Shown: in pieces, positions 39,585 through 52,314 of the stretch
Layout of the letters: every line of letters starts with the position of its first letter
Numbering within the stretch: position 1 is the stretch's first letter
NCBI GenBank assembly: GCA_037379345.1
Contig: CM074513.1
Span: forward strand, 11,470,001-11,534,000
Reading direction: 5' to 3'
Source: Perna viridis
Taxonomy: Eukaryota
DNA length: 64,000 nucleotides
Position numbers and translations under genes: made by a program
The notes under the pieces: generated by a model
Seen by the model: only the letters and a program-made list of their open reading frames with translations
What the model was told of the DNA's origin: nothing
Databases searched by the model: none

Positions 39585-39839
39585 TTGGGAACAAATATGG
39601 GCGATTATCAAAATCTACCATCAAAATCTCTTTCTCTGCTAAACATGTTAGCGTTCTGTAAGAAAACAAACAAAGAAATATGCCAGACAAGCGAAGCAAT
39701 CCGCTATAAAAATAATCACAGTATTTATCGATGTTCAAATCACTACTATAATCCAACAGCTTGCAACTCGTCTAAACATCAACTTAGTTCAAAATGTTAT
39801 ATGGACACGAAAATCACCAATGATGCATATTATCAATAA
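39585..39839 (+). pseudogene. Possible decayed tyrosine-recombinase (Crypton-like) fragment
   Basis: KEICQ...YKNNHS, then ATRL and GH in shifted frames, in the order of the NHSLR..ATRL..GH catalytic region. Confidence 0.35.
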
Positions 39840-41246
39840 ATCAGTTGAAATCGGTTACCTTTGTTTTATGTTAGCATTATATGTATATGTTCGTAAAGTT
39901 TTATTTAAATGATATCCCAAGCATATTTCTGTGAGCATATGTAAGTCACATAGAAAGGTCACATTAATAATATTAATAATGATTTGAATTTATTTAAGGA
40001 CAGTGTATCATTATCATACGCAGGGCAATCAGTTGACAAATAAATGTTAGTAACTTCTAAAAGAGAAAAGACCAAACTTAAATTGCAGAACACAAAACAC
40101 TAAACAGTACACAGAAAACCTACTAAATATTTCAAGGTGATAAACTTTGAACTTGTTGAGTGACGACATTAATTTATTCAATTATTGGGATATATATTAT
40201 TGTCTCGATAGTTCATATAGCTTATATATATAAGCCACTGAGCCTTATAATATACTGTTGTAATGGACACAGTAAATGTGAATGGCTTTTTTCCATAGCG
40301 TTAGAATATTACTTCATATCAACGTCAATGTCATCACTTCTGTCATAAAGTTTAGTTAAAATCTTTTTTTTTTTCAAGATGAAGGCAAAGAAAACGGCCA
40401 GACTTAAAATGACACACAAACACGGATTATCGTCTTTGGTTCTTTCGGTTAACAGCCTGTAATGTTTGTATGGTAATATTTCGTCAACAAAACGTTTTGC
40501 TTTGAATGTTAGTGAAGACCTTACATTTGTGATGAACGCATCAATTTTCTATAAAATCTTAATATACATGCTTTATACTTGTATATGTTGTTCAATTGCT
40601 AACATAGTAAGTCAAGATGTTAAAACATTATTAGACTGATAAAGACTACACGTAGATGAAATGATTTTTTTTGGAATATACTTCATTTTGACCAACAGGC
40701 TGTGCTAAAGAAGTTTGATTTCATTGATCCTTAATGATGTTATATTTTTTTGTTGAAAATATGTTTGTACAATTGGCAGTGTTTTGCACTTATCAATACG
40801 TTGCTCCAAAATTGCAGATCGATTTAACTTTGGTAGCATTCTGTAATAGAAAGATGTTAAAAACCTCAAACGTGTGATCACCAAAAACAAAAGCATGTAT
40901 AAACAATTTCTTTCAGAAACAAGTTAATGTGTCTCTTGGCGTACGGATTACTACTTGTAAAATCTCTTTGATAGGTGAATAGTTCAGTAATAGTTTTATA
41001 GAAATCCTTTTTCCAGGTGTAAGTTTTATTATACTAAAGTAATTATCTACGTTTATTAATTGCAATCTCATAAGTAAACAGCAAGTTTAACTATTATTAA
41101 TGGGATGTATGCAGTTTATCTAGTTATCTACCGCATAGATTTCTGGAATGGCATTTAACACAAGAAAGATCTCAACTGCTTAGCAGGATTGGAACCTTTT
41201 CTACGTTACTTTGAGTGAAATATTTAGTTAGATTTGTGGAATAATA

Positions 41247-41403
41247 CATTGTTGTTGGAGTCACACTTAGTAAAGATATGATCATAAATGATGATGCATT
41301 GTTGTTGGAGTCACACTTTGTAAAGGTATGATCATAAATGATGATGCATTGTTGTTGGAGTCACACTTTGTAAAGGTATGATCATAAATGATGATGCATT
41401 GTT
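41247..41403. repeat. Minisatellite, 50-bp unit x3.1
   Basis: CATTGTTGTTGGAGTCACACTTTGTAAAGGTATGATCATAAATGATGATG starting at 41247, 41297 and 41347. Units 2 and 3 are identical; unit 1 differs at 2 positions. Confidence 0.95.
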
Positions 41404-41751
41404 TTGATAATTTTAAAAGAGGCTAATTTTTTTCTCAGCGTAAATACTACTTTTCTTATTTCATGGAGTGTTTTATTTGTATATTGTGTATTGTCATCAG
41501 CCTTGGGTAACGTTGGAAATTCCTTATTACACTATACGTTTTGTTCGATTTAATTAGTTTAACTGAGCGTTGTTATAAAGTTCAATATATTTCGACATGT
41601 GAAGACCGTATATCATATGGAATTTTGTGTTGTTTTAATGTAATGTAGTGTTTAAACAGCCAAAGCAAGATAAAGAATCAATAGTCATTAATATGAATTG
41701 TACAGAAAAACATTAAATGTAATGTCAATACAATTAGAAACTAAACAAACA

Positions 41752-41791
<40 letters not shown>
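41752..41791. repeat. Compound (GT)n(AT)n microsatellite
   Basis: Seen directly in the sequence. Confidence 0.95.
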
Positions 41792-42189
41792 GTTTTCGAC
41801 ACTTGATGCTTAAGAGTATTTGTGTTTACAATTTAAAAAAATCATCCCTTAATGTATCTAGATTTGTTCTGTAATTGAATATATAAACAATCAAGTAAAT
41901 CTGTTATACGCACATAACCACCTGCTACACACATGGTTACAAAGCATACCACTTCAATTTATCAATAGAGGTTTAAAGTTTACCCCTTATCTCAAGTTTA
42001 TTTTGCAAAAAATACATCCCTATCTCTAGAGATGTATTATTCGACATTTTGACACCACTGATTAGCTTCTTGTAGAGTTTAGCAGTTGAATTGTCTGTAG
42101 CGAGGAACTTGATTGACTAGGTTGTCTTCTATTTTGTTTTAGTTTAAGACTAAAAAAGACTAAAAAAATTTAGGATTTAAAAATATTTT

Positions 42190-42707
42190 TGTTTGTTTGT
42201 TTGTTGGGGTTTAACGTCCGAGCAGCAATATTTCAGCTATATTCAGACGATGAACATGAAATTGATGATGAAATGAACATGAAATGATGATGAAATGAAA
42301 AAGGGATGGAACACAAGGACAATGGGGTCGACAAATTTTGATTGCCACTGGAAATAGGGAGAGGTGGGTAGGGTCGGGCAATTTAGCCTCCTGTGGCGGA
42401 GCCCTATGGTTCCTTCTCCGGGAGAATACTACAGTAGGGTTCTTTAACTTGCGGGGAACGTGGCATCTTTCCCAACCCGATGCACCACTATGGTTTGTGG
42501 TCAGGTTTTCCGTATTATAGCCTGACAACCCCAGCATGTAACACGCCAGGGGTACCCCATTCCACCACCTGGGGCACACATCCCAGTTGCTCTGGGGGCA
42601 GAACGCCCTAGCCCCCGGCTAGGTTTCTGAGCACTATTTAGTCGCCTTTTACGACAAGCTTAGCGCTGCTGCAGGCATATTCTTTTAACACCCGGACCTG
42701 CACGGGG
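42190..42707. mobile_element. GC-rich SINE-like composite retroposon
   Basis: Sharp GC-rich island. The left end reads on the minus strand as ATATAGCTGAAATATTGCTGCTCGGACGTTAAACCCC(AACA)n. The right end reads on the plus strand as TTAGTCGCCTTTTACGACAAGC...CCCGGACCTGCACGGGG. Both resemble retroposon 3' tails. Confidence 0.75.
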
Positions 42708-44622
42708 CTCTTTTTATGTTAAATTTGCTGTAGTAAAATTCACATATCTTTTGATAACGTGTTGGTTTTTAATCATATCAAGAAAATTTATTTTTGAAAT
42801 GTAATTGAAAACTTTTGACTTATCTTTTTAAATCCAAGCAAATATTATATTAGACACCTATTGATAACATACTATCGAGATAGTAAGAGAAGTTCAATGA
42901 TAAATGCTTAAGTTTTGTAACATTAAGTAATAAACGGTGTGAATAAGAAACAGATTGACTCTAAGAAATCGTATATCTAGTTGAAACCTAACAGTACAAC
43001 CTATTACAGACGACTCCTAATGGAGTACTTATCTCTGTAAATCATAATCCTTAGAAACATATTTTCGATCATTTATTGATACGTTATGTTTGTTCATCTG
43101 TTTAAACTGTTCATGTTGATTGATTCTTTTCAAAATGACAATTATGTAGAAATACCATTGAACAATAGTTTGCACTCAATCTGAACACTTGTTTATTCCT
43201 GGTTATAGTTATTGACGTATTCTACAGAGACATGTAACTTGATTAATTAATGCAATAAGTGCATGCAAACAGATCCATCTGGCCCAAAAACGGAACCCGA
43301 TTCCTAACACCATGCTTTCTGCGAATATTTTTAGGCATGTCAAAACTATACAACAAAATAAACAATTTTTCAATGTTAGACTGAAAGCATATCTGTTAAG
43401 TCTAACACGTTGATCAAACAGTTTAATTTCTGAAACGAATATCGTTTGCTGTATTTAAAAAAAAACTTCCATTGCTTGTCATTATATTTGATCTTATTAT
43501 TTATATGTATTTTAGAACAATTATTTAGTTACATATCATAAGGGTTTGGCTGGAATCTTTTACCCGGGCATTTCATTTGTTTAACAGACCTTTCTCTTAT
43601 CTGTATTGAGGCATTGCATGTGTATGTATAGAGTGGCTGATAACTAATGTAGAAAATATCTATTTATTTTACATTAGCAGTGTATTTTTTTCACAACAAT
43701 ATAAGTGTCATTTTCTACATTAATTTAAATCCTGCAGACAACGCCCTTTGTTGGAAATATTTTTTTTGTAATTTCGTCCACTAGCATTGCATTGTAAATT
43801 GGAAGGATGTTAATCAAGTGCCAAGTATGAAAATTGATTCCATCCTTTCTGATAAAGTTGAAAGGAACTTTTCAAATGTCAAATGTGAAGACATTGGACG
43901 TAAACTTCCTTCAAACGGCAATAAGTTCCTGTAATTTAAGGTTTTTCTTTGATCATTATTTTTCATACGCTTTTGTGGGCAGTTTAAGTACGATCTTCAT
44001 AAAATTTATACTCTTAAATGGGGATGTTATGGTTATTGAAAAAACTATGAATTAGTGACAGAAATGTTTTATATTGCTATTCTTGTCGCTGATCACCATT
44101 CAGGCCATTTTTGTTTATACGTATATTAGTGTAAGTTAGACGTCGTACTTGGAATGACATTTTTTTCTTCAAAGTTTTGAGATTCTGCAAAGGGTAAACT
44201 AAAATCATGAAAACTTTGTCATTGCATAAAGCTATTGACTTGTTCTTTTTCCAAATATGATGGTCTCTTTGCACTGCATGTTTCGGTTGAAATACAAAAG
44301 TACCACTCATATTGTCATAGCAAATTCCGGTATGCTGTACACGTGCTTTATGGGGTAACCTCTCATCAACAACATTAAAAACCAAACGCATTAGAAGATC
44401 TAAATCCACACAAAAAATTTACTTAAACCGAGTAGTTTTACCTAATGCAAAACAAAAGCCGCAGGGTTTTTTGGGCTTATGAATTTTGTAAGTAATCTTT
44501 GATTTGTCTTACTGTAAAATTGTGAATATACCTATGTCACAAAAACCTATCACTTTTTTTGACATGTCCTGGTCGACTTTCATATCTCAGTACTTTCTTC
44601 TTTAACTATTCCGGTTAGTACA

Positions 44623-44815
44623 CTACTGGTGCACCTAGTCAATGTTCCCAGTTTTTAGTGGAGTCCGAGTTTCTCATTTATTTTTGTCGCTTTATACATA
44701 TTATTTTGGTTATTTTATTTTTTTTATTGTGTGTATATGTTTTTCATGTCGGGTCTTTTCCCTGCATTACATTCTTTTCATTTCCGCTAGAATTGTGATT
44801 CCCTTGAATACTCTT
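44623..44815 (+). mobile_element. Naiad-type tail-only copy L
   Basis: CTACTGGTGCACCTAGTC..GGAGTCCGAGTTTCTCAT..TTCCCTTGAATACTCTT. Confidence 0.87.
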
Positions 44816-47800
44816 TCAAGAAAATGAATATTAAAACAAACTTCACATCTGATAACCGTTTATACAATGAATCTGATATAGTAAAGTGCATATGTGCAGA
44901 CAATGATGTTCTTTTACGGGGCAGCAAAAATCTTAAAGAAAGACTTAGATGACTCTGATAAACATAAATTTTAAATACATTTATTCACTCATGAAATAAC
45001 TGCTTTAACCATCTTTGGAATCGAAACTTTTCGATTCCACTTTCTGTCCTACTTTCTTGTAAAAGGGAAAGATTGGATAGCAATTTGAAAATAGTAAATA
45101 AGAATCTAAACAATCATTAAAAGTATCAAAATCTGATAACATTTTTGTTATAATGCATGCATGGTACCATTGAACTAATAACATGATGTTATTTGTCTAT
45201 ATCGTGATGGAGATTAGAATAAAAAGGAGGCGATATTGTGCCGTCTCAAGTGGACTGGCATTTGTCAGTCATGATTCACTACTGAATTTTAAAAAGTTTA
45301 GAAAAGTCTTAATTCAATCATTCAATACCTGAATTGTTCTAAAGCTTGTATATTTTTTGTGAAATTTGGAAAGTTTAGTTCTTTTGAATCAATGTATAGT
45401 TGCATCAATAATACACATCAATCAATGCATTGGCAGTTTCCTCCGTAAAATGCATCTAATATTTTTTTCAGACTAATTTAGTATACTAAAACTGCAAATT
45501 CAGTCATTGACCGATTTTTAAACCGTTTGCACTCCCCCAAAAAAGTGCCATGGCAGTTTAAGCTGTAGAAATGCTTCCGCAATAAACGCAATTTAAAGTC
45601 AATTATTCCATTCATATGTCTTAAACCGTCAGGCTTGTTCAATAAACGACAAGAGATGTTGGGACAAATCAAGCAGAAATCTCTTTTCAGAGCCACTGAC
45701 AAAAGGGCATACTGTAAAATACAACATTTATACCAGACGCAAGTTGATTCCATTGTGAGTTTGTCTACATAACGTAGGATCATTCTTGAAGCGTATTTCG
45801 AATACACTTAGATACTAAACATTGTATTGAATTTATGGATTGTGACAACGGTCACTAGTACTTTTTAATCCAATTGTTTAATCCAATAAGATATAGCATT
45901 GGGAAGAAGTGATGTTGTAAAACTTCAAATCTAAGCTACAACTTGTCAATGTCCAAATGCAATGTAATTATAATTGTATATGAATATGTTAATTTTCTTG
46001 AGAATAATCGCTAGGCTTAGTCAGTACATTGGCATCTTCCCACGAGCGACTTATGTGATATCAACAGGCATTTATATACACAAGAAAATGTAATTATTTT
46101 GCGATTCATTTTAGAGCTTTTTCCCGAATAGATCAGTCGTATTCATCTAAATATTTGTTTTTGGGTTAAGAGTGGATGTGTTAAAACTATTTCAACAATG
46201 TTTTGAGATGTTTGCTTTGGTTTCAATACACTGACATTTCAAGAAAAAATATGAAAAAAAACATGATTTAAATAAAATAAATAAATTATAAGTAGAGAGT
46301 TCATTAATTTCAGGAAAGTTTCAAACAGATACTTTTATAATTAAAGGGCAAAGAATAATTGAAATAGATTGTACATTTGTATTACAGAAACGCCATGAAC
46401 GGCAATGTAAACCTCTGTACGTAAAATAGCTCTCTTAAAAAATACCAATCAAATTACAAAGCCATATTACTAGCAGGCCCGGTACATTTATGTGAATATT
46501 TATGTCAATTGTATTTATTTACAACCAGACAGCATTATTTTATGAATGGTTTGAATCCTTGTTTTTTATCTGCTTGATTTCTATATTCCGGTATCATTCG
46601 AACATGTATACTTTGTTATTACTCATTAGCGAATACCAAAGCTGTAGCATGTAAATTATGTATCCCTGGCTTTGAAGTATAAAACCTAAAGCTTAGACTA
46701 AAATCTTTTCAATTACCATACTGATAGGTAGAAAGAAGTTCTGAAATTCTATTTCAACTAAGTCATTTTCATGACAATGGAAACTACGTTTTAATCAGTA
46801 TATAAAACTCCCCATTTGCAAGCTGAAGACTCTTTAATACCGGAAAAAAATTCTCTTCCATCGAGTAAGGTAAAAACACATTCACAGAATCAATATTAGG
46901 TGCTTTTATCTTGCTTAAATACAGAACAAAGGCTTGAAATGTGTCATGTTTGCACAATGGCATTTTAATTTATAAATGAAGTCCAATGATGCTGAAGTTG
47001 ATGATAAACATCATTAATATCTGATTGCTACTAAAACCATAGGACCGTGATGCATGTTCAACTGTGTCGAAAACTTTTGTTAATTTCTTTCTATCCTATT
47101 TAAAATCTACTTGGAAAAAGTACATTTTAAAACTCTATTGTGATTATGAGAAACTTGAAGCATGACATCACATTTAATTTTAATTTTAAGATCTGTAACG
47201 AATCGTTCTGTCGATTCATGCAAGTATTTCCTCTCTAATTGTAGCATTAGTTCAGAAATTTTTCAGTAAATATATTATGAGAAAGAGAAAGTCTAAGTGA
47301 ATATTATTGAGATTCCAAATTCAGGAACGCCCCTGGTTTGTTGTTTTGAGATCTGTATAAATAAGAGATAGAGGAAATCTTTATTGTTGTAACCTCCTAT
47401 CGAAATGTTTATTTTAGCTTGATGATGATAGTGTTTAGTTACGATTTTGATTATAAGCGTGAACAATTCACGTTTCATTAGTAAGCAATACTTTATACAA
47501 ATACAAATTATGTAAATAAATTGCAAAATTTCAATTCCCCCGAACATGTTAAAGAAAACAGATGTGTAGTATATCTTGAAGAATGAGCGATTGCGAACAA
47601 GTAATCAACTAGGCGTCCTTTAATACCGCTAAGCTAATATAGTCATGTAACATGGTACATGCATGTTTTTGTAGCATGAAATAACATGGAATTATTCTAA
47701 ATGGCAGCAAAAAGTCTTAATATAGTCAGGTTTGTATGTTCTGCCGATTTTTAAATGTGCCACGTTGTCCTATTTGACCATGTAACCAACAAGAATTCCC

Positions 47801-48075
47801 GAAACTTCCTGTCGTTCTTTATGCAACGTTATAATAGAAAATGGTACGGATACGGTGAAACGCAACAAATACCCATCGTATAAGCTTAAATAAAAAATAG
47901 TGAATACTTACAGATATTATCAAAAGGTCTTCAACAAGTGTAAGCGCACCTTTGAGTAAACGCTAAAAGGCCCTACAACAAAAGGAATAAAATCCATGGT
48001 AACAGAACGATGACACTTCTCAAAATAAACTAAAAAGTCAAATAAGGACACGAAGACCAACATCTGACGGACAGA

Positions 48076-48470
48076 TTTTTTCGCCCCCTGTCGAAACGCG
48101 AAAATGACAAAAATACCGATGTCCATGTGTCCGTAACACTTGACTGTGGATGCGAAACAGCTCGATGGATTTTTTTTTCAAATTATGTAGGATTTTAGTC
48201 ACTATATGTAGTTGATCATACTGTGCAGTCATTTTGATTTGAGTAATTTTACCGAAGTTATAGGTCTCTGCTGAATTCTTACACTATAGGAACACTTTGT
48301 GAATGCATAGATTTTGTTCAAATTTTGCAGGAATGTTAGTAACAAAATGTTAGTAGTTAATCATATTGAACTGCAATTTTGATTCAACAATTTTACAAGA
48401 GTTATGGGACTTTTAGACTTCATCTTTATTGCGGCGGCATGGTCATGTGGCTACGCGCAGTAATCTTGTT
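48076..48470 (+). mobile_element. Helentron-associated (DINE-1/pearl-like) non-autonomous element
   Basis: Starts TTTTTTCGCCCCC, has a short GTCC-type tract (TGTCCATGTGTCCG) and two diverged ~143-bp internal tandem units (~48165 and ~48308, each ending in GTTAT.GG). Ends GCGGCGGCAT...TCTTGTT. Confidence 0.6.
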
Positions 48471-50970
48471 TACACCAGGTATACATTGTACCAAAAACAT
48501 ACTTCTAGTATACTTGCTAGTTTCGCTTCCATACTATGATAATAAGTAATAATTCATGAAAAATAAGATAATTTGTCGACAAGGAATTTCGGCTTAAAGA
48601 TGTAAAAAAGAGTTATAATTCATATTTAGAATAATATAAATCAATTTTTATAATACACATTATTTGTTCTGGGTACAGTAAGAGGTTTTTTCTGCTATAA
48701 ATTGTTATGGTGTTTAACCTTTACTGGTACAGCTTTATTGACAAGTAGATATTTACACAGTTATCGCTGGCACTTTATTGTTTTAGTGATACTCAGATAC
48801 ATTCAATCCATAGTACTTCTAATTTAAACCCTGTCACATGCTGCGCTCCCAACCATTAATAGTACAATTACATTCATCTGCATGGTACTAATAAATGAAA
48901 TTTTAAATTCAGATTTTACAGAATTTAATGTTATAACACAAAGACAATATCAATTAAACCACGTCCAAAATAATTGCAGTACTTTGATAATTGTATTTTC
49001 ATTCAGTTTTAAATTGCACTTTGTTCTTGTAATTAGATTTTCGAGTGCAATATTGCATTGCTTGAAAAATTAGCGTTCAACTTGAAATATTTGATGGAGT
49101 TCACATATAACTCATTACTACTCTAAATACAGAATATATGAATATTGATGATACAGATCTGAATAGGAAACTATCGAATTTTCTGGTAAAATAAGCCATT
49201 GTTTGTGTATGTAAATACCTTAGACAATAATACCATATAATAAATATATCAAAGTCCTTTTTGCATTCTGAATAGATAACGTGAGAACTAGATGTTAGTT
49301 TCGTATTTTTGGTTCAAGACCAATCAATTATCAAACAACTCCATGTACCTACCTTCTTTGATTTAATATGACAAGAAGACTGGTCGTCGGTTTATTTTTT
49401 TTACTCGGAAGTAATCTAATGTTAAGGTATTTCAAAACGGGTGTCCGATTTTTTATTTAGTATGTTTCTTCCGGGTTCATCAATTTTATAATGCATATTT
49501 ATCAGACTGTTTTATTTTGCATAATTACCAATTACAATGGAAAAATATTAAAGCGTCATATTTATCATCCTATTTATGCATAAAGGGCTTGCGTTGATAC
49601 AGTTGTAGTCTTTATTCCATAAACAACCACAATCTATGTTTTCTAATGGGAATTACAGACCATTCTCGCAAATTCACGGGGTTACACGCCGAGAAACATG
49701 GTTGATCTACTGTACATAATTATATATCCTTGCACATTCTGTATAGTATTGCATTTGCTCACATTGGCATAGCCAACTAATTTATGAAATAGTTTGAAAT
49801 GATGTTCAAACGCAACTCGTTGAACTGTCCTAGTTCTATTTACGAAAAATCTATGATATATATTTAGATTTTGTATCTACATTGTTTTTGTTATCATTTT
49901 ATTGTTTAATTTGTTTTTGTCTCTAGATGTCACAATTTGCCATGAATGCCCTGGATTTTGTTTAGATACAATTTTTTTGTGAGATACGAATGTATTTTAA
50001 GACATTATACTCTAATGAAAAGAACTGATTCTTCAATGATTTTTTTTTCAAAGTTTCATTGACAAAGAAACATCCGGTTCAACATTAATCTCATATCCTA
50101 AAACAAACTATATTACTTGACATTTAAGTAAAAATAAAATTATTTATAATTTAATCAACTAAATTGTTAGTCAAACAGCGTTCTCTCTTAATTTTGTTTC
50201 CAAAAAAACATGTATAATAATTAAGCGATTTGGTGTGCCCGATTATCACAATTAAGCTTTCGTGAATATTGCCTTCTTTCTTTTTTTCCATCTGTTGAGG
50301 TAACATATTGTTCCATCACGTTTGTTTTCTTCTGCCGATAGCCATATAATAAATGCAATATCTGAGGACCCACATCAGCATTGTCGTCAATGTAAAATGC
50401 ACATCAAATGAGGTCATGTGTAAATAACTAAACAAAAGTTTAGTGTTTGAAAACTAGTAAAGTTGGAAAACATAGTAGAAGTAAGTCTAAGGCAATGAAC
50501 AAATTACAAATAATCTAAGCATAAGCTTACAAACTATTTCTGGCAAGTATCGAAAGAAATGGAAGCGTGGTAGATAAAACACCGTGTCTAACCGTTGGTT
50601 CTCCATAAACAGAGGAAACAATGCGACACTTCTATATCAGCGAACTTGTCAGATATTGTAGAGATGTCAAATTATGTATGCGTGGTGCTGCTATAAATTG
50701 TGAAATACGACCAGAAATCACCGGAATTTTCGTGGTTCACATGACAAAAACAGGACGGGATTTCGATTCGGACAAAGAACTAATTCTACCTGCATAAAAG
50801 ATAATTCTTTAATTAGAAGATTTAAAGCATTCTTCTCTTGTATTTACGGTAGCGTTTTACTCATATTACTGTTGTTACAGTATTTAACTTAATGTTAGGT
50901 TGAAAATTGATCTTGCTATGGAATTCAAATATGAAATTCCTTATTATACTATTTGTTAATTAATATAATA

Positions 50971-50985
50971 TTTCTTTACTTTCAG
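50971..50985 (+). promoter_or_regulatory. 3' splice acceptor for the GPCR coding exon
   Basis: TTTCTTTACTTTCAG|A, a strong polypyrimidine tract plus CAG, 111 nt before the ATG. Confidence 0.7.
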
Positions 50986-51045
50986 ATCCCAAAGATTATT
51001 GGAAATCAGAGCATATATTTGGCATACAACAATAATTTTAATAAG

Positions 51046-51072
51046 ATGGATCCAGAACCCAGACAAAACTGA
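51046..51072 (+). promoter_or_regulatory. Upstream ORF (MDPEPRQN*) in frame with the GPCR
   Basis: AAGATGG strong context; TGA at 51070-51072; then eight sense codons to the ATG at 51097. Confidence 0.55.
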
Positions 51073-51096
51073 TCTGATCGCAATAACTGTTTCAGA

Positions 51097-52314
51097 ATGG
51101 ATTTAACAACGGGTAACAGTTCGCAGATTCTGAGTGACCAATTCACTCCGACTATGAATGCTTCAATTCGTTACTGTGATCATAGAGAAACCTATTATTT
51201 TGTTACTAACGAAACAATGACTCCATTGCAAAAGTTTGGCGTTGCCTATGCTTCAATTCATGGATATGTCAGTATAAGTGTGTGCCTTTTTGGGTTTATG
51301 GCAAATATGGCGAACATAATTGTTTTGACTAGGAAAAATATGGCCGTTTCATCAACAAATCTAATCTTAACATGGCTTGCTATAGCGGATTTATTTACAA
51401 TGCTGGATTACTTTCCGTTTGCTGTTCATTTCTACATATTAAAGGACATAGATCTTCAGCCTCTGAATACAAGGTCGTATAGTTGGATTTGTTTCCTCTT
51501 ATTTCACGGAAGTTTCAGCATTGTTTGTCACACTATTGCCATTTGGCTGACAATAGCATTAGCTATATTCAGATTCTTGTATATTTGGTTCCCGACGAAA
51601 GGAAGCACTTACTGCACTCTACGTCACGCTAAAATTGTTATTGCTATTATTATTATAAGCACAGTGCTTATGACAGTTCCGAATGTGGTCGCTAATGATT
51701 TTGGTCATGTTGATTTGTGTGAGACATCTATTAATAGCACAAGCAACATTACTGTTATAACTGGAGTAGACCGCATTTACCGATGGGAGGCTCGTCACGG
51801 TTCTAGTGCCTTTGAATTCAACGCATCGCTGAACTTCTTTGTTCAGGCAAGTTTGATGAAAATCATACCCTGCATTATGTTAACACTCTTGACTATCCTT
51901 CTCGTTGTTGCGATGCATCGGGCGTATAAAAGAAGGATGGCTTTGAAAAATAAAGGGAAAAAAGAAGATTCTGATAAACACAATGAGCATAATAGAACAA
52001 CTCTTATGTTGTTGGCTGTTGTCGTGTTGTTTCTCATCACAGAATTACCACAGGGAATAATGACGATACTAAATATTGTTGTTGCCGAGTTTTACCAAAC
52101 TACTTACATGCCTCTCGGTGATTTGTTTGACATCACTGCTCTTTGTAACAACGCCATAAATTTCGTGCTGTACTGTACAATGAGCACACAATTTAGACAG
52201 ACGTTTCATGATACATTCTGTAGATGTTGTCCTAAGGTTCGTCCAGGTTGGAGAAAAATGGGTGTTGCCCATGCGGAAAGGAATGGCGCCACTGTCACTA
52301 CCACGCATGTTTAA
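51097..52314 (+). CDS. Class A (rhodopsin-like) neuropeptide GPCR, myosuppressin-receptor/DMSR (sex-peptide-receptor-like) family, 405 aa, single coding exon
   Basis: Seven hydrophobic helices. Family-typical HGYVS..VC.FG..AN..NI.VLTRK.M (TM1), TN.IL..LAIADL (TM2), HT.AIWLT..LA.FRF (TM3), K.IPC..L (TM5), RTT.ML.AV..LFLITE.PQG (TM6) and N.AINF.LYC.MS.QFR.TF (TM7/H8). N-glycosylation sites in the N-terminus and ECL2, Cys pair for the TM3-ECL2 disulfide, CRCC palmitoylation cluster. Confidence 0.96.
   Translation: MDLTTGNSSQILSDQFTPTMNASIRYCDHRETYYFVTNETMTPLQKFGVAYASIHGYVSISVCLFGFMANMANIIVLTRKNMAVSSTNLILTWLAIADLFTMLDYFPFAVHFYILKDIDLQPLNTRSYSWICFLLFHGSFSIVCHTIAIWLTIALAIFRFLYIWFPTKGSTYCTLRHAKIVIAIIIISTVLMTVPNVVANDFGHVDLCETSINSTSNITVITGVDRIYRWEARHGSSAFEFNASLNFFVQASLMKIIPCIMLTLLTILLVVAMHRAYKRRMALKNKGKKEDSDKHNEHNRTTLMLLAVVVLFLITELPQGIMTILNIVVAEFYQTTYMPLGDLFDITALCNNAINFVLYCTMSTQFRQTFHDTFCRCCPKVRPGWRKMGVAHAERNGATVTTTHV

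Noticed and set aside
41247-41403. CRISPR-like array
   Set aside because: Head-to-tail 50-bp units with no unique spacers, no cas genes, and a eukaryotic context.
42211-42579. 122-aa ORF as a host gene
   Set aside because: It lies entirely within the GC-rich SINE-like element and has no recognisable domain.
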